The notes under the pieces: generated by a model
Told to the model about the DNA's origin: nothing
Seen by the model: the letters and a program-made list of their open reading frames with translations, nothing else
Databases searched by the model: none
Shown: positions 9,401 through 19,900 of the stretch, piece after piece
Layout of the letters: the number at the start of each line of letters is the position of its first letter
Numbering within the stretch: the stretch's first letter is position 1
DNA from: a virus
Lineage: Duplodnaviria > Caudoviricetes
IMG/VR virus record: IMGVR_UViG_3300027533_000050
Coordinates: 1 to 41,426 of that record
Reading direction: 5' to 3' (one strand)
DNA: 41,426 nt
Program-made: the position numbers and the translations under genes

Positions 9401-9739
9401 ATGGCTGTTGCAGTAAGTACTCTCGCGCGAGACGTTTCTAGTCTCAAGCGAGTAATTGCACTGCTGACCTTCTCTGGCACGTACACCACGGGTGGCGAAG
9501 CACCAACGGCGGGATTCCTAAAGGAATTCTCACTCTCGAAGATTCATGCAGTTTTCTTCGAGCAGGCTGACGTGCTTGTCACAGGCGGTCTTGTTGCAAG
9601 CTATGACCATGTGAACAACAAGGTCTTCTTGCGTGAGACTGCTGGTACGGTCGATTTGCCTCTGAAGGAGCTTTCTTCAGGCGCTTCGTTGACCGGCGTG
9701 TTGTTCAGAGCAGAGTTCATCGGCGAAGGCAATAACTAG
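9401..9739 (+). CDS. Putative capsid decoration/cement protein
   Basis: 112-aa beta-rich protein (FSGTYTTGGE, SYDHVNNKV) with GAGGAGG RBS, between scaffold and MCP. Confidence 0.6.
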   Translation: MAVAVSTLARDVSSLKRVIALLTFSGTYTTGGEAPTAGFLKEFSLSKIHAVFFEQADVLVTGGLVASYDHVNNKVFLRETAGTVDLPLKELSSGASLTGVLFRAEFIGEGNN

Positions 9740-9748
9740 GAGGAAGGG

Positions 9749-11110
9749 ATGAAAGGACTCCCGCACGATCGGTGGTTTGGGGGTGACCTGTTCCTTAGGG
9801 TTCAGGATACCGCTCAGGCCGATGCCGTGCTCCAAAACTACTACCTCCCTGTGGTAGTGGAGATGATCAACCAGCGTGCACTATTGCTCTTCGGGTACAC
9901 CCCGGCGGAGCTCGACGCTGGTATGGGTCATGCGAACGCGGTCAACGGTGAGACCATCAACTATCGGGGGATCACGAAGGACGCGGATGCGTTCGAGTTC
10001 GCCGGTAGGAAGTGGTTCTTCGCCGCTCACACGAAGAGGAACGAGTCGGGTACTGCTACCTCTGAGGGTGGATTGATTCCACTTCCGGGGCAGCAGGGCT
10101 ACGAGGACTTCTCGGATGGAATCGTCCACTTCGCGAAGCAGTTCGAGATCACCGGGTACTCCATGGAGATCTCCGAGCGCAACGTGGGCCGATTCCTCTC
10201 TCTGCTCGAAGGAGAGACCGAGGGGACAATCAACGATGCCCGACACGACCTGAACCGACAGGGCTACGGTGACAAGACGGGTACTCTCGCAATCTGGACC
10301 GCTGAGGGTGCGAACACAATCACTGTGGATACAGTTCAGTACCTCCGAGTAGGCATGTTCATCGACTTCATCAACTCTGCCACAGACGCGGTGCAGGCAA
10401 CCAACCGTAAGATCACTGCTATCAACTCGAGCACTAAGGTCGTGACCTACGACGGTGCTGACGCAGCTGGTGTGATCGGTTCCGGCACTTCAATCTGTAT
10501 CGTTGGCAACTGGAAGAAGGAGATCAACGGCCTCAAGAACATCATCGGCCCCGATGGTGCTAGCTATCCAATTCTTCACACAGTGGATGGCTCGGCCGCG
10601 GGGAATGAGTACTGGCAGGGGAAGGTCTACGATGGAAACGCCGCGACCTTCGATGAGGACCAGGGTCAGCAGATTCTGGATGACCTGTCAGCAGAAGGCT
10701 GGGAGACTGAGCTGCTCATTACCACCCGCGGAATCCGCCGGCGGTATGTGAACACGCTCAAGGCCCAGAAGCGCTTCAACGATTCGATGGCGGGAGTCCT
10801 CCACGGAGGCTTCAAGACCATCGACTTCAACGGCGTGAGCATGACCATCGACGACCAGGCACCGAAGGGCAACATGTGGTTCCTGCGTCCGTCTGACCTG
10901 TTGTGGTTCTATCTGGGCGCGAACGACTTCCGTTGGCTGCAGAGGGATGGCAAGATCCTCCGCATGACCATCGGTGTCGGACCGAACGGAGAGGACAAGG
11001 ACAACTGGCGGGCGACGTTGTACCGCTACCACGACCTCGCGTGCAAGCGTCGCAAGACGCAGGCTCGTCTCAAGAACCTAGCCGACGACGCGGCGAAGAT
11101 CTCGTCGTAA
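9749..11110 (+). CDS. Major capsid protein (HK97 fold with insertion domain)
   Basis: Strongly biased codons, AGGAGG RBS. DAVLQNYYLP start, DLNRQGYGDKTG, GGFKTIDFNGV..DDQAP, RLKNLA end. Confidence 0.9.
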   Translation: MKGLPHDRWFGGDLFLRVQDTAQADAVLQNYYLPVVVEMINQRALLLFGYTPAELDAGMGHANAVNGETINYRGITKDADAFEFAGRKWFFAAHTKRNESGTATSEGGLIPLPGQQGYEDFSDGIVHFAKQFEITGYSMEISERNVGRFLSLLEGETEGTINDARHDLNRQGYGDKTGTLAIWTAEGANTITVDTVQYLRVGMFIDFINSATDAVQATNRKITAINSSTKVVTYDGADAAGVIGSGTSICIVGNWKKEINGLKNIIGPDGASYPILHTVDGSAAGNEYWQGKVYDGNAATFDEDQGQQILDDLSAEGWETELLITTRGIRRRYVNTLKAQKRFNDSMAGVLHGGFKTIDFNGVSMTIDDQAPKGNMWFLRPSDLLWFYLGANDFRWLQRDGKILRMTIGVGPNGEDKDNWRATLYRYHDLACKRRKTQARLKNLADDAAKISS

Positions 11111-11137
11111 GCTAGGACTGTCCCGGGAAGGAGCGTT

Positions 11138-11599
11138 ATGGAGGTACACGGCATCAGAACTTGGTACAGCCAACGTGAAGGTGTCGTGGTGGTCGAGGAC
11201 GATGTCCAGAGTATTGTGAGAGGCATAAAGGAGATCTCTGATCGCCTACATGTCTTCTACAACCCTCAGACGGGCGGATTCGACATAGTCGAGAGCTGTT
11301 TGGATCATACAGACAGGCTCGTCTTTTCGGTTCCCCAACTGGACGGTAGAGTCCTCGACCGCCTCCATAACGCAGATCACTGGTATGGTAAGGACGTACC
11401 GGATCGTGTCCTGGGCGATGATGAGGACTTCGCTGCTCGTGTCGATAAGTTCAATGAAGCCCTCGAACGTGCCTCTCGCGAACACTTCAAGGACAAGCTT
11501 GGTGACGTGGGTGAACGTCTAGTCAGGACCCTCGATAACGTCAGTGACCGTCCCTCTGTGGGCGGTACGATCAGGGTGCCGAGGAGCATCGATGGCTAA
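11138..11599 (+). CDS. Hypothetical protein downstream of MCP
   Basis: GGAAGGAG RBS; overlaps the next gene. Confidence 0.75.
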   Translation: MEVHGIRTWYSQREGVVVVEDDVQSIVRGIKEISDRLHVFYNPQTGGFDIVESCLDHTDRLVFSVPQLDGRVLDRLHNADHWYGKDVPDRVLGDDEDFAARVDKFNEALERASREHFKDKLGDVGERLVRTLDNVSDRPSVGGTIRVPRSIDG

Positions 11600-12254
11600 T
11601 ATGTCTCGAGACCAGTTCGTTGCTGAACTACAGGCTCGTGGTTGGTCACGGTTCCTAGCTGCACAGCTCGAGAAATACCTCGACTGGGCGCTTCAGGACA
11701 TCTACGGCAAGGCACGCTTCGACCGTTCGGTACTGTCGATGGCAACTGTTGCAGCCACTGAGCTAGATGTGATCCCGTTCAGTACCATCAGTGGAGCTGG
11801 CGGTGAGTTAGTGAACGAGGTCAAGGCGGTCTACATTCAACAAAGCGGACAAGAACCTCAGAAGATTGCGCCGGCCACAGAGGAGGACTTTCTCACCGTG
11901 ATCTGGCCGAATACTGAGTCACCTGCACCTGATCTTGGGGTGCCGGATATGTACTTCGTCTACGACCTCAATGTCTACCTCTACCGAAAGCCATACCCTG
12001 CGGTTGATGTTCATATCCACCACATGCTGAGAGAGGATACCTTCAGTGGCGGTAGTGATACGACCAGCTTGCCAGAGCGCTTCGACAAGGCGATCCTCGC
12101 GCTTGCGGAAGTCCACTGTAATCGTAGGTCCCACAACTACGAGGACATGGCAGCAGCTCAGGCGGTCTTCGATCAATTCCTGCTCGATGAGCTCGGGCGT
12201 GAAGGGATGCAGATGGCTGAGCGGACGGATAGGGTGCTACCATGGCGGGGGTAG
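11592..12254 (+). CDS. Head-to-tail adaptor/connector protein
   Basis: Start reassigned to ATG 11592 (GAGGAG RBS). Helix-beta-helix layout with YLDWALQDI, GVPDMY and LPERFDKAILALA. Confidence 0.7.
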   Translation: MANMSRDQFVAELQARGWSRFLAAQLEKYLDWALQDIYGKARFDRSVLSMATVAATELDVIPFSTISGAGGELVNEVKAVYIQQSGQEPQKIAPATEEDFLTVIWPNTESPAPDLGVPDMYFVYDLNVYLYRKPYPAVDVHIHHMLREDTFSGGSDTTSLPERFDKAILALAEVHCNRRSHNYEDMAAAQAVFDQFLLDELGREGMQMAERTDRVLPWRG

Positions 12255-12457
12255 CTGATAGCATCACGAGAGATGAGGTTGCTACTCTCGTTACTGCTGC
12301 TCGCAATAGCGGTCAGGATGAGAAAGTGTACGTCAAGACTCACCTCACGCAGAGGTATCCGGGTATCGAGAACGCTACTATCCGCAGAGGTGGATCAGTT
12401 TACTCGGTCTTGGATTACCTAGTGGAGGATACTGAGTCTTATGTCACCGGCTCGTAG
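12242..12457 (+). CDS. Hypothetical protein (71 aa)
   Basis: Fills the gap and overlaps both neighbours. Confidence 0.6.
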   Translation: MAGVADSITRDEVATLVTAARNSGQDEKVYVKTHLTQRYPGIENATIRRGGSVYSVLDYLVEDTESYVTGS

Positions 12458-13961
12458 TGTAGAACTGAAGATTCCGCCGCCAGTTGCTGGTGTGAATCTC
12501 GCCGTTGGCATCGACAAACTTCAACCTCACGAGGCGTTGAACCTACGCGGCTTCGAATTCGATGAGTACGCTACCATGGGCGTACCTCGAGCGCCGAAGA
12601 GCTTGGGCACAATTGTCGCTGGACAGAAGATCCTCTCGGCACATATGTTCCAGCGCGCAAGCGGTGCGACACAGCTCATTATCCACCTTGATGACGGGTC
12701 TCTGAGGTATTCTACTGATTTCCTCACAACATCTGGTTCCGCAACCTGGACCACCATTGCGACTGGTCTCTCAACTACACTACCATTCCACTACATCACT
12801 TGGCTGAGTGCTGTATGGATGGGCAACGGTACAAATGACTTCCGCAAGTGGGACGGAACTACTCAGACAACTTACCCCACTGCACCTAAGGGCGCGTTCC
12901 TAGCTTTGTGGCGGGATACGCTGTGGATGTCTGGTGATACTACAAACGCAGATCGAGTCTACCAATGTGCTCCTGGTGACCCTACAGTCTGGCCTGCTCT
13001 CAATTTCGTGGATATTGAGAAGGGTGCCGGTAGAGGCATTACGGGACTCACTTCAGTTGAGTCATCGCTAGTGGTCTGCAAACTCCTTACAACCCATATC
13101 ATCTTCGACCCTGTGGAGTACACTAACCGTACTATCGACCGAGGCAAGGGCTGTCTTTCTCACTCGTCTATCGTTAGTCACGGTGGGAGTGTATACTTTG
13201 TAAGCCACCTTGGTGTGTGTCGGTTCCTCGGTGATGGTCCATCTGAACTAGTGTCGGATAAAATCGCGCCTATCTTCGACGACCTCTATGTATTTGGTAC
13301 GTCGCTTGGTGCGCAAGTCTTTGACACTGCTAGAGAGACTCACATCTGGGGTTTCTCCTTCGAGAACTTTGTGGGTTGGTACATTCCCAGTAATTCCTTT
13401 AGCCAGTACATCAAATACTTCCCATCGCTACCTGAGAAGCCGTGGCTCTTCGGTACGCCCACAGAGGTACCCAGTGCTAATAAGAGTGTTGCGGTTTCGG
13501 TGCGCGAGCCGGGTGAGTATGCGGAGTTATATCGTATTGGTGGAAGTCCTGCCATCATCGTCCGCGAGTATGGTGGAGCTATTGACGATGCTATCGCTTG
13601 TGAATGGGGGTCAGCGTGGTTCGACTTCGATCAGCCAACCCAAGAGAAATATGTGGACATGGTCCAAATCCTTCATCGAGGTCCTCTAGATATCCGTATC
13701 AAGAGGAACTATGACGACGACGAATTCCGTGAGGTCGCGACGGGGTTGGATCACGGGCAACCAGAACTTCACGAGTCTACCGTCTTCACAGACGAATACG
13801 CCCGTTCGATCCAGCTATACATCACCTCTACCACTAACCCCGGTGAACGTAAGCAGATAGTGGGAAGTGGGTTGTCTGGTGTTGCGAGTATCACTCGATT
13901 CCAGGCTGCAATCGCAGCTGTAGTTGTGACCGCTCAGATGCTCGGGACGATGCGCAGATGA
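12441..13961 (+). CDS. Tail nozzle/stabilisation protein (P22 gp10/T7 gp12-like beta-propeller)
   Basis: GVNL N-terminus, propeller-like repeats (WRDTLW, DPTVW, GCLSHSSIV..GSVYF), SAWFDFDQPTQEK. Confidence 0.75.
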   Translation: MSPARSVELKIPPPVAGVNLAVGIDKLQPHEALNLRGFEFDEYATMGVPRAPKSLGTIVAGQKILSAHMFQRASGATQLIIHLDDGSLRYSTDFLTTSGSATWTTIATGLSTTLPFHYITWLSAVWMGNGTNDFRKWDGTTQTTYPTAPKGAFLALWRDTLWMSGDTTNADRVYQCAPGDPTVWPALNFVDIEKGAGRGITGLTSVESSLVVCKLLTTHIIFDPVEYTNRTIDRGKGCLSHSSIVSHGGSVYFVSHLGVCRFLGDGPSELVSDKIAPIFDDLYVFGTSLGAQVFDTARETHIWGFSFENFVGWYIPSNSFSQYIKYFPSLPEKPWLFGTPTEVPSANKSVAVSVREPGEYAELYRIGGSPAIIVREYGGAIDDAIACEWGSAWFDFDQPTQEKYVDMVQILHRGPLDIRIKRNYDDDEFREVATGLDHGQPELHESTVFTDEYARSIQLYITSTTNPGERKQIVGSGLSGVASITRFQAAIAAVVVTAQMLGTMRR

Positions 13962-14671
13962 CCGAAATCTTCTTCCCGCTCAACCCCCGTCCTCGTGAGG
14001 ATCCAGCTGCTGCTGGCGTGGTGCAAGAGAACTTGGAGTACGTCATGCAGCTGTTCCAGAAGGGTATTGAAGACGGCGATATCCTTGTGTGGGACAAGCT
14101 CCTCCAACGTTACCTTGCTAAAGCTGCAGGAGGTGCTGAACTCGGTTCATCACTGCCGATATTGGATCTCTACCCGGGCAGGCCATTTATACTTACAGAT
14201 AATCCGACTAACCCATCATATCTATGGCACTTGAGATACAATCCCGACTCACCATCTTCATACAAGTGGGAGTGTATGGGCGGATCACCAGGCATGTCTG
14301 TGACCACAGCTCTTGGTCAGGAGGCAACGACTTCAACAACATACACCAACCTCGCTACTATCGGTCCTAGTTTCCAGATTCCCGCGGGTGTTGGAGGTGA
14401 CTTTCTCATCGAGGCCGGTGCTTCACTAGCTCACGATATAGCCGGCAACACCTCTTTTATGAGCTACGATCTAGGTGCTACTGCCGCTATCGACGCAGAC
14501 GCTGTACGTGGGTCTACTTCTGACCCAGTGTCAGCAATGAAGAAACGAAAGAAGCTTGCTGTGGCTTCTGGTGCCTTGATCCGCGCAAGATATCGTTCGT
14601 CCACAGCAGCGAATGAGGCGAGGTTTCAGAACGACAGGTGGATCACAGTCTTTCCATACCGTGTAGGCTAG
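13958..14671 (+). CDS. Short tail fibre/spike-like protein
   Basis: N-terminal VQENLEY helix, DGDILVWD, beta-sandwich C-terminus (TTSTTYTNL). Confidence 0.55.
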   Translation: MTEIFFPLNPRPREDPAAAGVVQENLEYVMQLFQKGIEDGDILVWDKLLQRYLAKAAGGAELGSSLPILDLYPGRPFILTDNPTNPSYLWHLRYNPDSPSSYKWECMGGSPGMSVTTALGQEATTSTTYTNLATIGPSFQIPAGVGGDFLIEAGASLAHDIAGNTSFMSYDLGATAAIDADAVRGSTSDPVSAMKKRKKLAVASGALIRARYRSSTAANEARFQNDRWITVFPYRVG

Positions 14672-14681
14672 GAGGTAAATA

Positions 14682-15761
14682 GTGCCACTTACTGAAGATA
14701 TCCGCCGACTTTTGGGATTCGATGATGGGCCTCAGAGTAACGCGGAAATCCAGTTCAAGATCAAGCCACTGGGTGCTGTAGGTGCGGCTGCAATTCCATC
14801 TGACCCGAGTGTTGTGGGTGCTGGTGGAGATACAGCAGCTAGTGGTGGGCCGGGTGCAGCGGGTGCAATACCTACTGGCCCGGGCAACACCGCAGTCAGC
14901 CCTACGGGCTTCGGTCCTCAAGGACAGACCATTCTGACTCCACAGCAGCAGATCAGCAAGAAGAACCCTTCACTCATCACTCATCCGCTCGGAGCTCAGA
15001 CCGACGACCTCTACGAATCGGCTGTGGCCCAGCTTCAGTTCGACACTCAGTCTCGATACGCCTCGCTGCTGCAAGAGCTTGGCTTCATGGACGACTCTGG
15101 TCAATTCATGCCGGGTACTCTCGAGACTGATGCATCTCGCCAACGAGGTGAGCTAGAGCGTCAGCGTGAACTCGGCTTGCAGGACGTGATCGAAAATGCA
15201 GTTCGTGGTGGAACAGTGTTCAGCGGCCGTAGAGCGAAACTTCAGTCACAGACCCAGCAACCCTTCGACTCGGCGATCGCTGAGCTTACAACGCGCCTCA
15301 GCCGCGAACTCGCTAATCGCTTCCAAGGTGTTGGTGGACTTACTCAACAGTTCGAGCTTGGACGTAATCAGCTCCTAGCCGAGGCAGCCGAGCGAATCAA
15401 GATGGGTCTCATGGGCGGACCTGTTGGCGGTGAGGACGGTGGCGGTGGTGGAGGTTTTCCCGGCATCGGTAATAATGCACTTATCACTCCTGAAGCTCGT
15501 GCTATTGCTGCTCAACACTTCGCAGGCGGTCCTACAACTCCTGGTGCTACACCTGGTGCACCTCCACCTCCACGTCCTAAGGGCATGCCAGCCGGGTGGA
15601 AGTGGAATGCTGCTAAGGGTTACTGGCAGTCACCTGATGGTAAAAACTTCTTGGTGCCCGGTAAGCCGTGGGCGTCGGGTGGAGGTAGTGCTGCTCCTCC
15701 TGCTCCTTATGCTCCCTCTGGTCGTGGCGGTGGCGGTGGCTATTTCGCTGAGGGCATCTAA
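14682..15761 (+). CDS. Putative internal virion (ejection) protein
   Basis: Gly/Pro-rich ends with a helical core (RGGTVFSGRR); follows the tail genes. Confidence 0.6.
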   Translation: MPLTEDIRRLLGFDDGPQSNAEIQFKIKPLGAVGAAAIPSDPSVVGAGGDTAASGGPGAAGAIPTGPGNTAVSPTGFGPQGQTILTPQQQISKKNPSLITHPLGAQTDDLYESAVAQLQFDTQSRYASLLQELGFMDDSGQFMPGTLETDASRQRGELERQRELGLQDVIENAVRGGTVFSGRRAKLQSQTQQPFDSAIAELTTRLSRELANRFQGVGGLTQQFELGRNQLLAEAAERIKMGLMGGPVGGEDGGGGGGFPGIGNNALITPEARAIAAQHFAGGPTTPGATPGAPPPPRPKGMPAGWKWNAAKGYWQSPDGKNFLVPGKPWASGGGSAAPPAPYAPSGRGGGGGYFAEGI

Positions 15762-16999
15762 TGTCTGGATACGCAGTACCCCCACCTCCCCCTGCAGCAA
15801 CTAGAGGGGGTGTTGTATCTGAGGTCGAAGCTGAACTTCAGGGGCAGATGGCGCCTCTCGAGGCAGACGCTGCTGGCTACGAACGAGCGTCCACTCGTGC
15901 TGTCGAAGATCTCAATGCTCTGTTCGCTGGCATCATGCCGTTTGTGGCAGGTTCAGCACAGCGCGTAGCAGAGCAGTATGGTGCGACGAATAAGGCTCAG
16001 GCCAGCATCTTCGATCAGGCGTGGCAACGACTCAACAGTCTCCGAGGCGAACGAGCAGCAGAAGCTCAGGCACTAGCTCAGCAGATCGGTGCACCCGTTC
16101 CACTCGATGCCATGATGACTAAGGGCATCACAAGTGAGATGGGTAACTTCGTACCTGAAGCTGCGGGTGAATTGCTGAAGGCCTCAACGATCGGTCAGGC
16201 TGGCGTGCAGCAGGCTGAAGCATTCGCTGGTCGTGTCATGCCTCTGATGCAGGCACGGCAAACTCGCGAGGTCAAGAATTACTACCGCGACCAGATCACC
16301 GACCTCAAGAAGCAGATTACGACGCTCAAGTCCATGAAGCCTGGGCTAGTGAACGAGCGACTACGTGCACGTCAGCTCGAAGACTATGAGATGAGACTCG
16401 CTCGCGCAGAAGCGTTGTTCTCACGCGAACAGACTAAGCGAAGCCTCAAGCTCGAAGAGAAACGACTCGCTGCACAGCTCGAAGAAATCCGCGGTAATCA
16501 GAAGCTTGCGAAGAAGGAGCTCACTCAGCGGAAGAACGAGAGTGACCGCGACTTTGCCCTACGACTACGACAGCAAAACATGGATGCAGCTACACGGAAG
16601 GCCAACAACAACTCTTACGTCAATGCTCAGAAGCAGAACATTGTGACGCTCTCCAATGCTCTCGCTAGGCCTGGTGCTCAGCAGATCGAGGAGAAAGTTC
16701 TGATCCGCCAGCCTGATGGTACATTGTCGTCTGAGACTGTCACGAAGACAATCAAGGGCCAGCAGCTCAGAAACCCCACGGTTCTGCTCAATGCTATTCT
16801 CGCACAGAGCGGGGTCACTAGAGGTCAGAAAGAACTCTATGGCTTTGCAGTGAAGCAAGTGATTGCTGTACTGAAGACCATGGGCCTCAACCCACCAGCT
16901 GACCCGAAGAAGTGGGCTTCCTGGTGGAAGAAGCGCCAAGGAACCAAGGGATCAACAGTCAGTGGTTATGAGTCTGGACCTCCGGGTACTCATAGGTAA
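15761..16999 (+). CDS. Putative internal virion (ejection) protein, coiled-coil
   Basis: Ala/Gln-rich long helices; TAATG coupling at both ends. Confidence 0.6.
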   Translation: MSGYAVPPPPPAATRGGVVSEVEAELQGQMAPLEADAAGYERASTRAVEDLNALFAGIMPFVAGSAQRVAEQYGATNKAQASIFDQAWQRLNSLRGERAAEAQALAQQIGAPVPLDAMMTKGITSEMGNFVPEAAGELLKASTIGQAGVQQAEAFAGRVMPLMQARQTREVKNYYRDQITDLKKQITTLKSMKPGLVNERLRARQLEDYEMRLARAEALFSREQTKRSLKLEEKRLAAQLEEIRGNQKLAKKELTQRKNESDRDFALRLRQQNMDAATRKANNNSYVNAQKQNIVTLSNALARPGAQQIEEKVLIRQPDGTLSSETVTKTIKGQQLRNPTVLLNAILAQSGVTRGQKELYGFAVKQVIAVLKTMGLNPPADPKKWASWWKKRQGTKGSTVSGYESGPPGTHR

Positions 17000-19900
17000 T
17001 GGCTCCGCCTCGATTCGCGCCTACCGGACGTCGTTTCGGTGCACCGCCAGGTGTACGGATAATTGACGCTGGGTCGGTTCCTCCAGGTGTCCGAGTTATA
17101 GACGCCAACTCACCGCTACCGTCTGGGGTACGAGTTATAGATGCGGGACAGTCCTCTAGAGGCAGTGGTGGCCTGTTCGGCACGAATATTGGCCCTAGAG
17201 AGGGCTTTAGGAGTATTTACAGAAGGCCGCTCTCGACGCTGGGCGCTGTGTTCAGAGTACTGGGAGTCGGTGAAAACGTAGCTGTAGGTGCTCTTCAGAG
17301 CGGTGTTGAGGATTTCCGAACGCTCCTCAAAGCACCCACGCCTGAGAAAGCACTAGCTGCTGTATCACCCTGGCTGTGGATCGCAGCCCATGCTCCTGAT
17401 AACTTCGTAGAGGTGAAGAACGCAGTCCAAGAGAACCGAACTTATGAAGGTTGGATTCGTGAGAGCCAAGAGCCGGGTAACTTTCTTTACGACAACGCCT
17501 TCGTCATCGGGTTGGGACTCTCGATATTCGGCGATCCCACAACCTACATCACCTTCGGCACAACCTCTGCGAGTAAGGTCGCTGGACAGAAACTACTAGC
17601 AGCATCCTATATGTCCTCAGCTGATGAGGCTACCGACGCAATTCTAACTGGCGTGATCCGACGCACCGGTGAAAATGCTAGTGACTACGCCAACGATTAT
17701 GACCGCATCTTCCACCGCATACATACCGACGCGCAAAGACCCTACACTGTGGGTGATTCATTGGAAGCGGTCAAGCGTGCAGATAGAGGTCAGCTACCGG
17801 ATATCAGCGATCAGTGGATAAAGGCAGTAGGCATTACTCCGAGAGGTCCCGTTCGCCGCACTGCTCGTAAGGTATTCGCACGAGGCGGTCAAGGCATTCG
17901 CTTTGGCGGGGCTGAGATTCCGGGCTCTCGTCAGATTGCGCCAGCATTTGGTAAGATGATGGGCAAAGTGCCAGGCGCACCTGACCGCGAGAGCCTCATT
18001 GAGACCTTCAAGCATGTGATCCCAAACGACAAGCTCCTGCGGGTGACAGAGGATGCTACTCGCGCTGTTGCCATGGCTGAGTTCACTAGAGCTAATCAGT
18101 TCATGGCGATGGCACGTACAGGCGCGTTCGAGGATGCGTTGGAGCATTTCGCTCTAGACCCAATACGAGCACGTCGAGCTATTGGTGCGCCTTATCTCGC
18201 TCGTGCTCAAGTCGCTGTCCGGAATATCTTCGACGATGTACCGCTAGCTGTACCAAAGAAGGACCGGATGAACCTCTTCAAGTCTGGCCATCGACCCACA
18301 GGTAAGTATAGTATAGCGTTGAAGGATATGCGGACCGCTGCGTACAAGACGCGCGACCGCCTACTCCAGGACGCAGAGGATATGGGCTTCACCGAGCATG
18401 GGCTCGATAGTCTACGCAGTAACTGGGACGATCTTGCACGAAGCCTCGATGATCCAGTCGATGTGCTTGCTCGTTGGGAGGCTAGTGTCGTTGGTACAAT
18501 GGCTGCTCACAATACCATAGAGCAGATCATGACCAACCCTTTGCTCGCACGTCCTGTACTTGAAGGGGCTGACGACCTCGCTCGCATCGAGGATGATATG
18601 TTGGACCTGAACGAGCGTATCGCTCGGGCTACCTCACGGATGAATGAGAAAGGTCTGAGTAACCGCGCACGTATGGCCCGTTCAGGTCAGCTTCAGGTAC
18701 TTCAGGAGAAGTCACAGACTCTCGCCTACAACTGGAATGTGGCTAAGGCTCGTATCACAGAGCAGGTGTCAGGTAAGACAATTGAGCTACCGCCCAACTA
18801 TACCGACGAGGTGATTGAAACTCCTGAGTGGATACCTGATGTAGTTGTTCGTAAGGGCGATGGTTGGACCGGTGTGTTCGCTCGTGAAGAGAAAGCGGGT
18901 CACTCACTAGCGCTTCGTATCCCTACTGATAAAGAAATTGAGGATAGCCCATGGAAGGCGTTTGCTCGCCTGTATGTAGAACCTGAAAAACCGCACCGCG
19001 TCTGGATCGGCACATCAGGCATGGATCACGAGGATGTTCTCAACACTGCTTTTGATATGACGGTAAAAGCAGAGAAAGCAGGCTTGCCTCAACCGCCAAA
19101 TCCTGAGGGATGGCTACAGTCTACTATCGTGTTTGAGAAGGGTCAAGTTGCAAGGATCAATCTTAGCGCTTTTATGGAGTCAGGTGAGCTTGGCGGTGCT
19201 AGTGCTAAGGAGCTTGGAATGACTCCCGCAGCCTACCAAAAACTAGTGGATAAGGTAACAAGTGATGTAGAGTCATTCTACAAGAGTGCAAAGCCTCAGA
19301 CTAGAGTCGATAAGGCTAACGTCAGAGTCGGTGGTGTACTCGACGAGGATGCAGCTCGTGCGGCCTTCCACGAGAATGCTGTGCCGTTCAAGTGGAGGGG
19401 TAAGAAGTACTTCGTGCCAGCACCGATCGAGCAAGCACTAACTGAGCTACGTAACCCGCAGCTAGTAGACAAAGAAATCCGTAAGTGGTTCCGTGCGATC
19501 AACTTCACCCAGAACAAGTGGAAGATTCTGGCTACCTCAGTCAATCCAAGATTCCACGTTATGAACCACATAGGCGGTGTGTGGAATAACATGCTCGGGG
19601 GAGTCTACAATCCCGGTGACTATGCCCAGCAGTGGACTTCGCTGTTCCGTCAGCGTATCGGCCGAATGGACGATGAGAGTTCAATGGGCAAGATGCTTGG
19701 TCCACTCAAGGGCAGAATTGACCAGGACAAGCTGGCCCGCGATCGTGAGCTCCTAGACGCTTACGACGCTAGGCATGCTGGTGGTGGATTCATCGCTCAC
19801 GAGACGCATCCTGAGTTCCAGGAGATGAAGCGATCGTCCAAGCTTCAGAGTAAGAAGGGTAAAGCCTTCCAGGTCACACGCCGAGCATACGCCGGCACTG

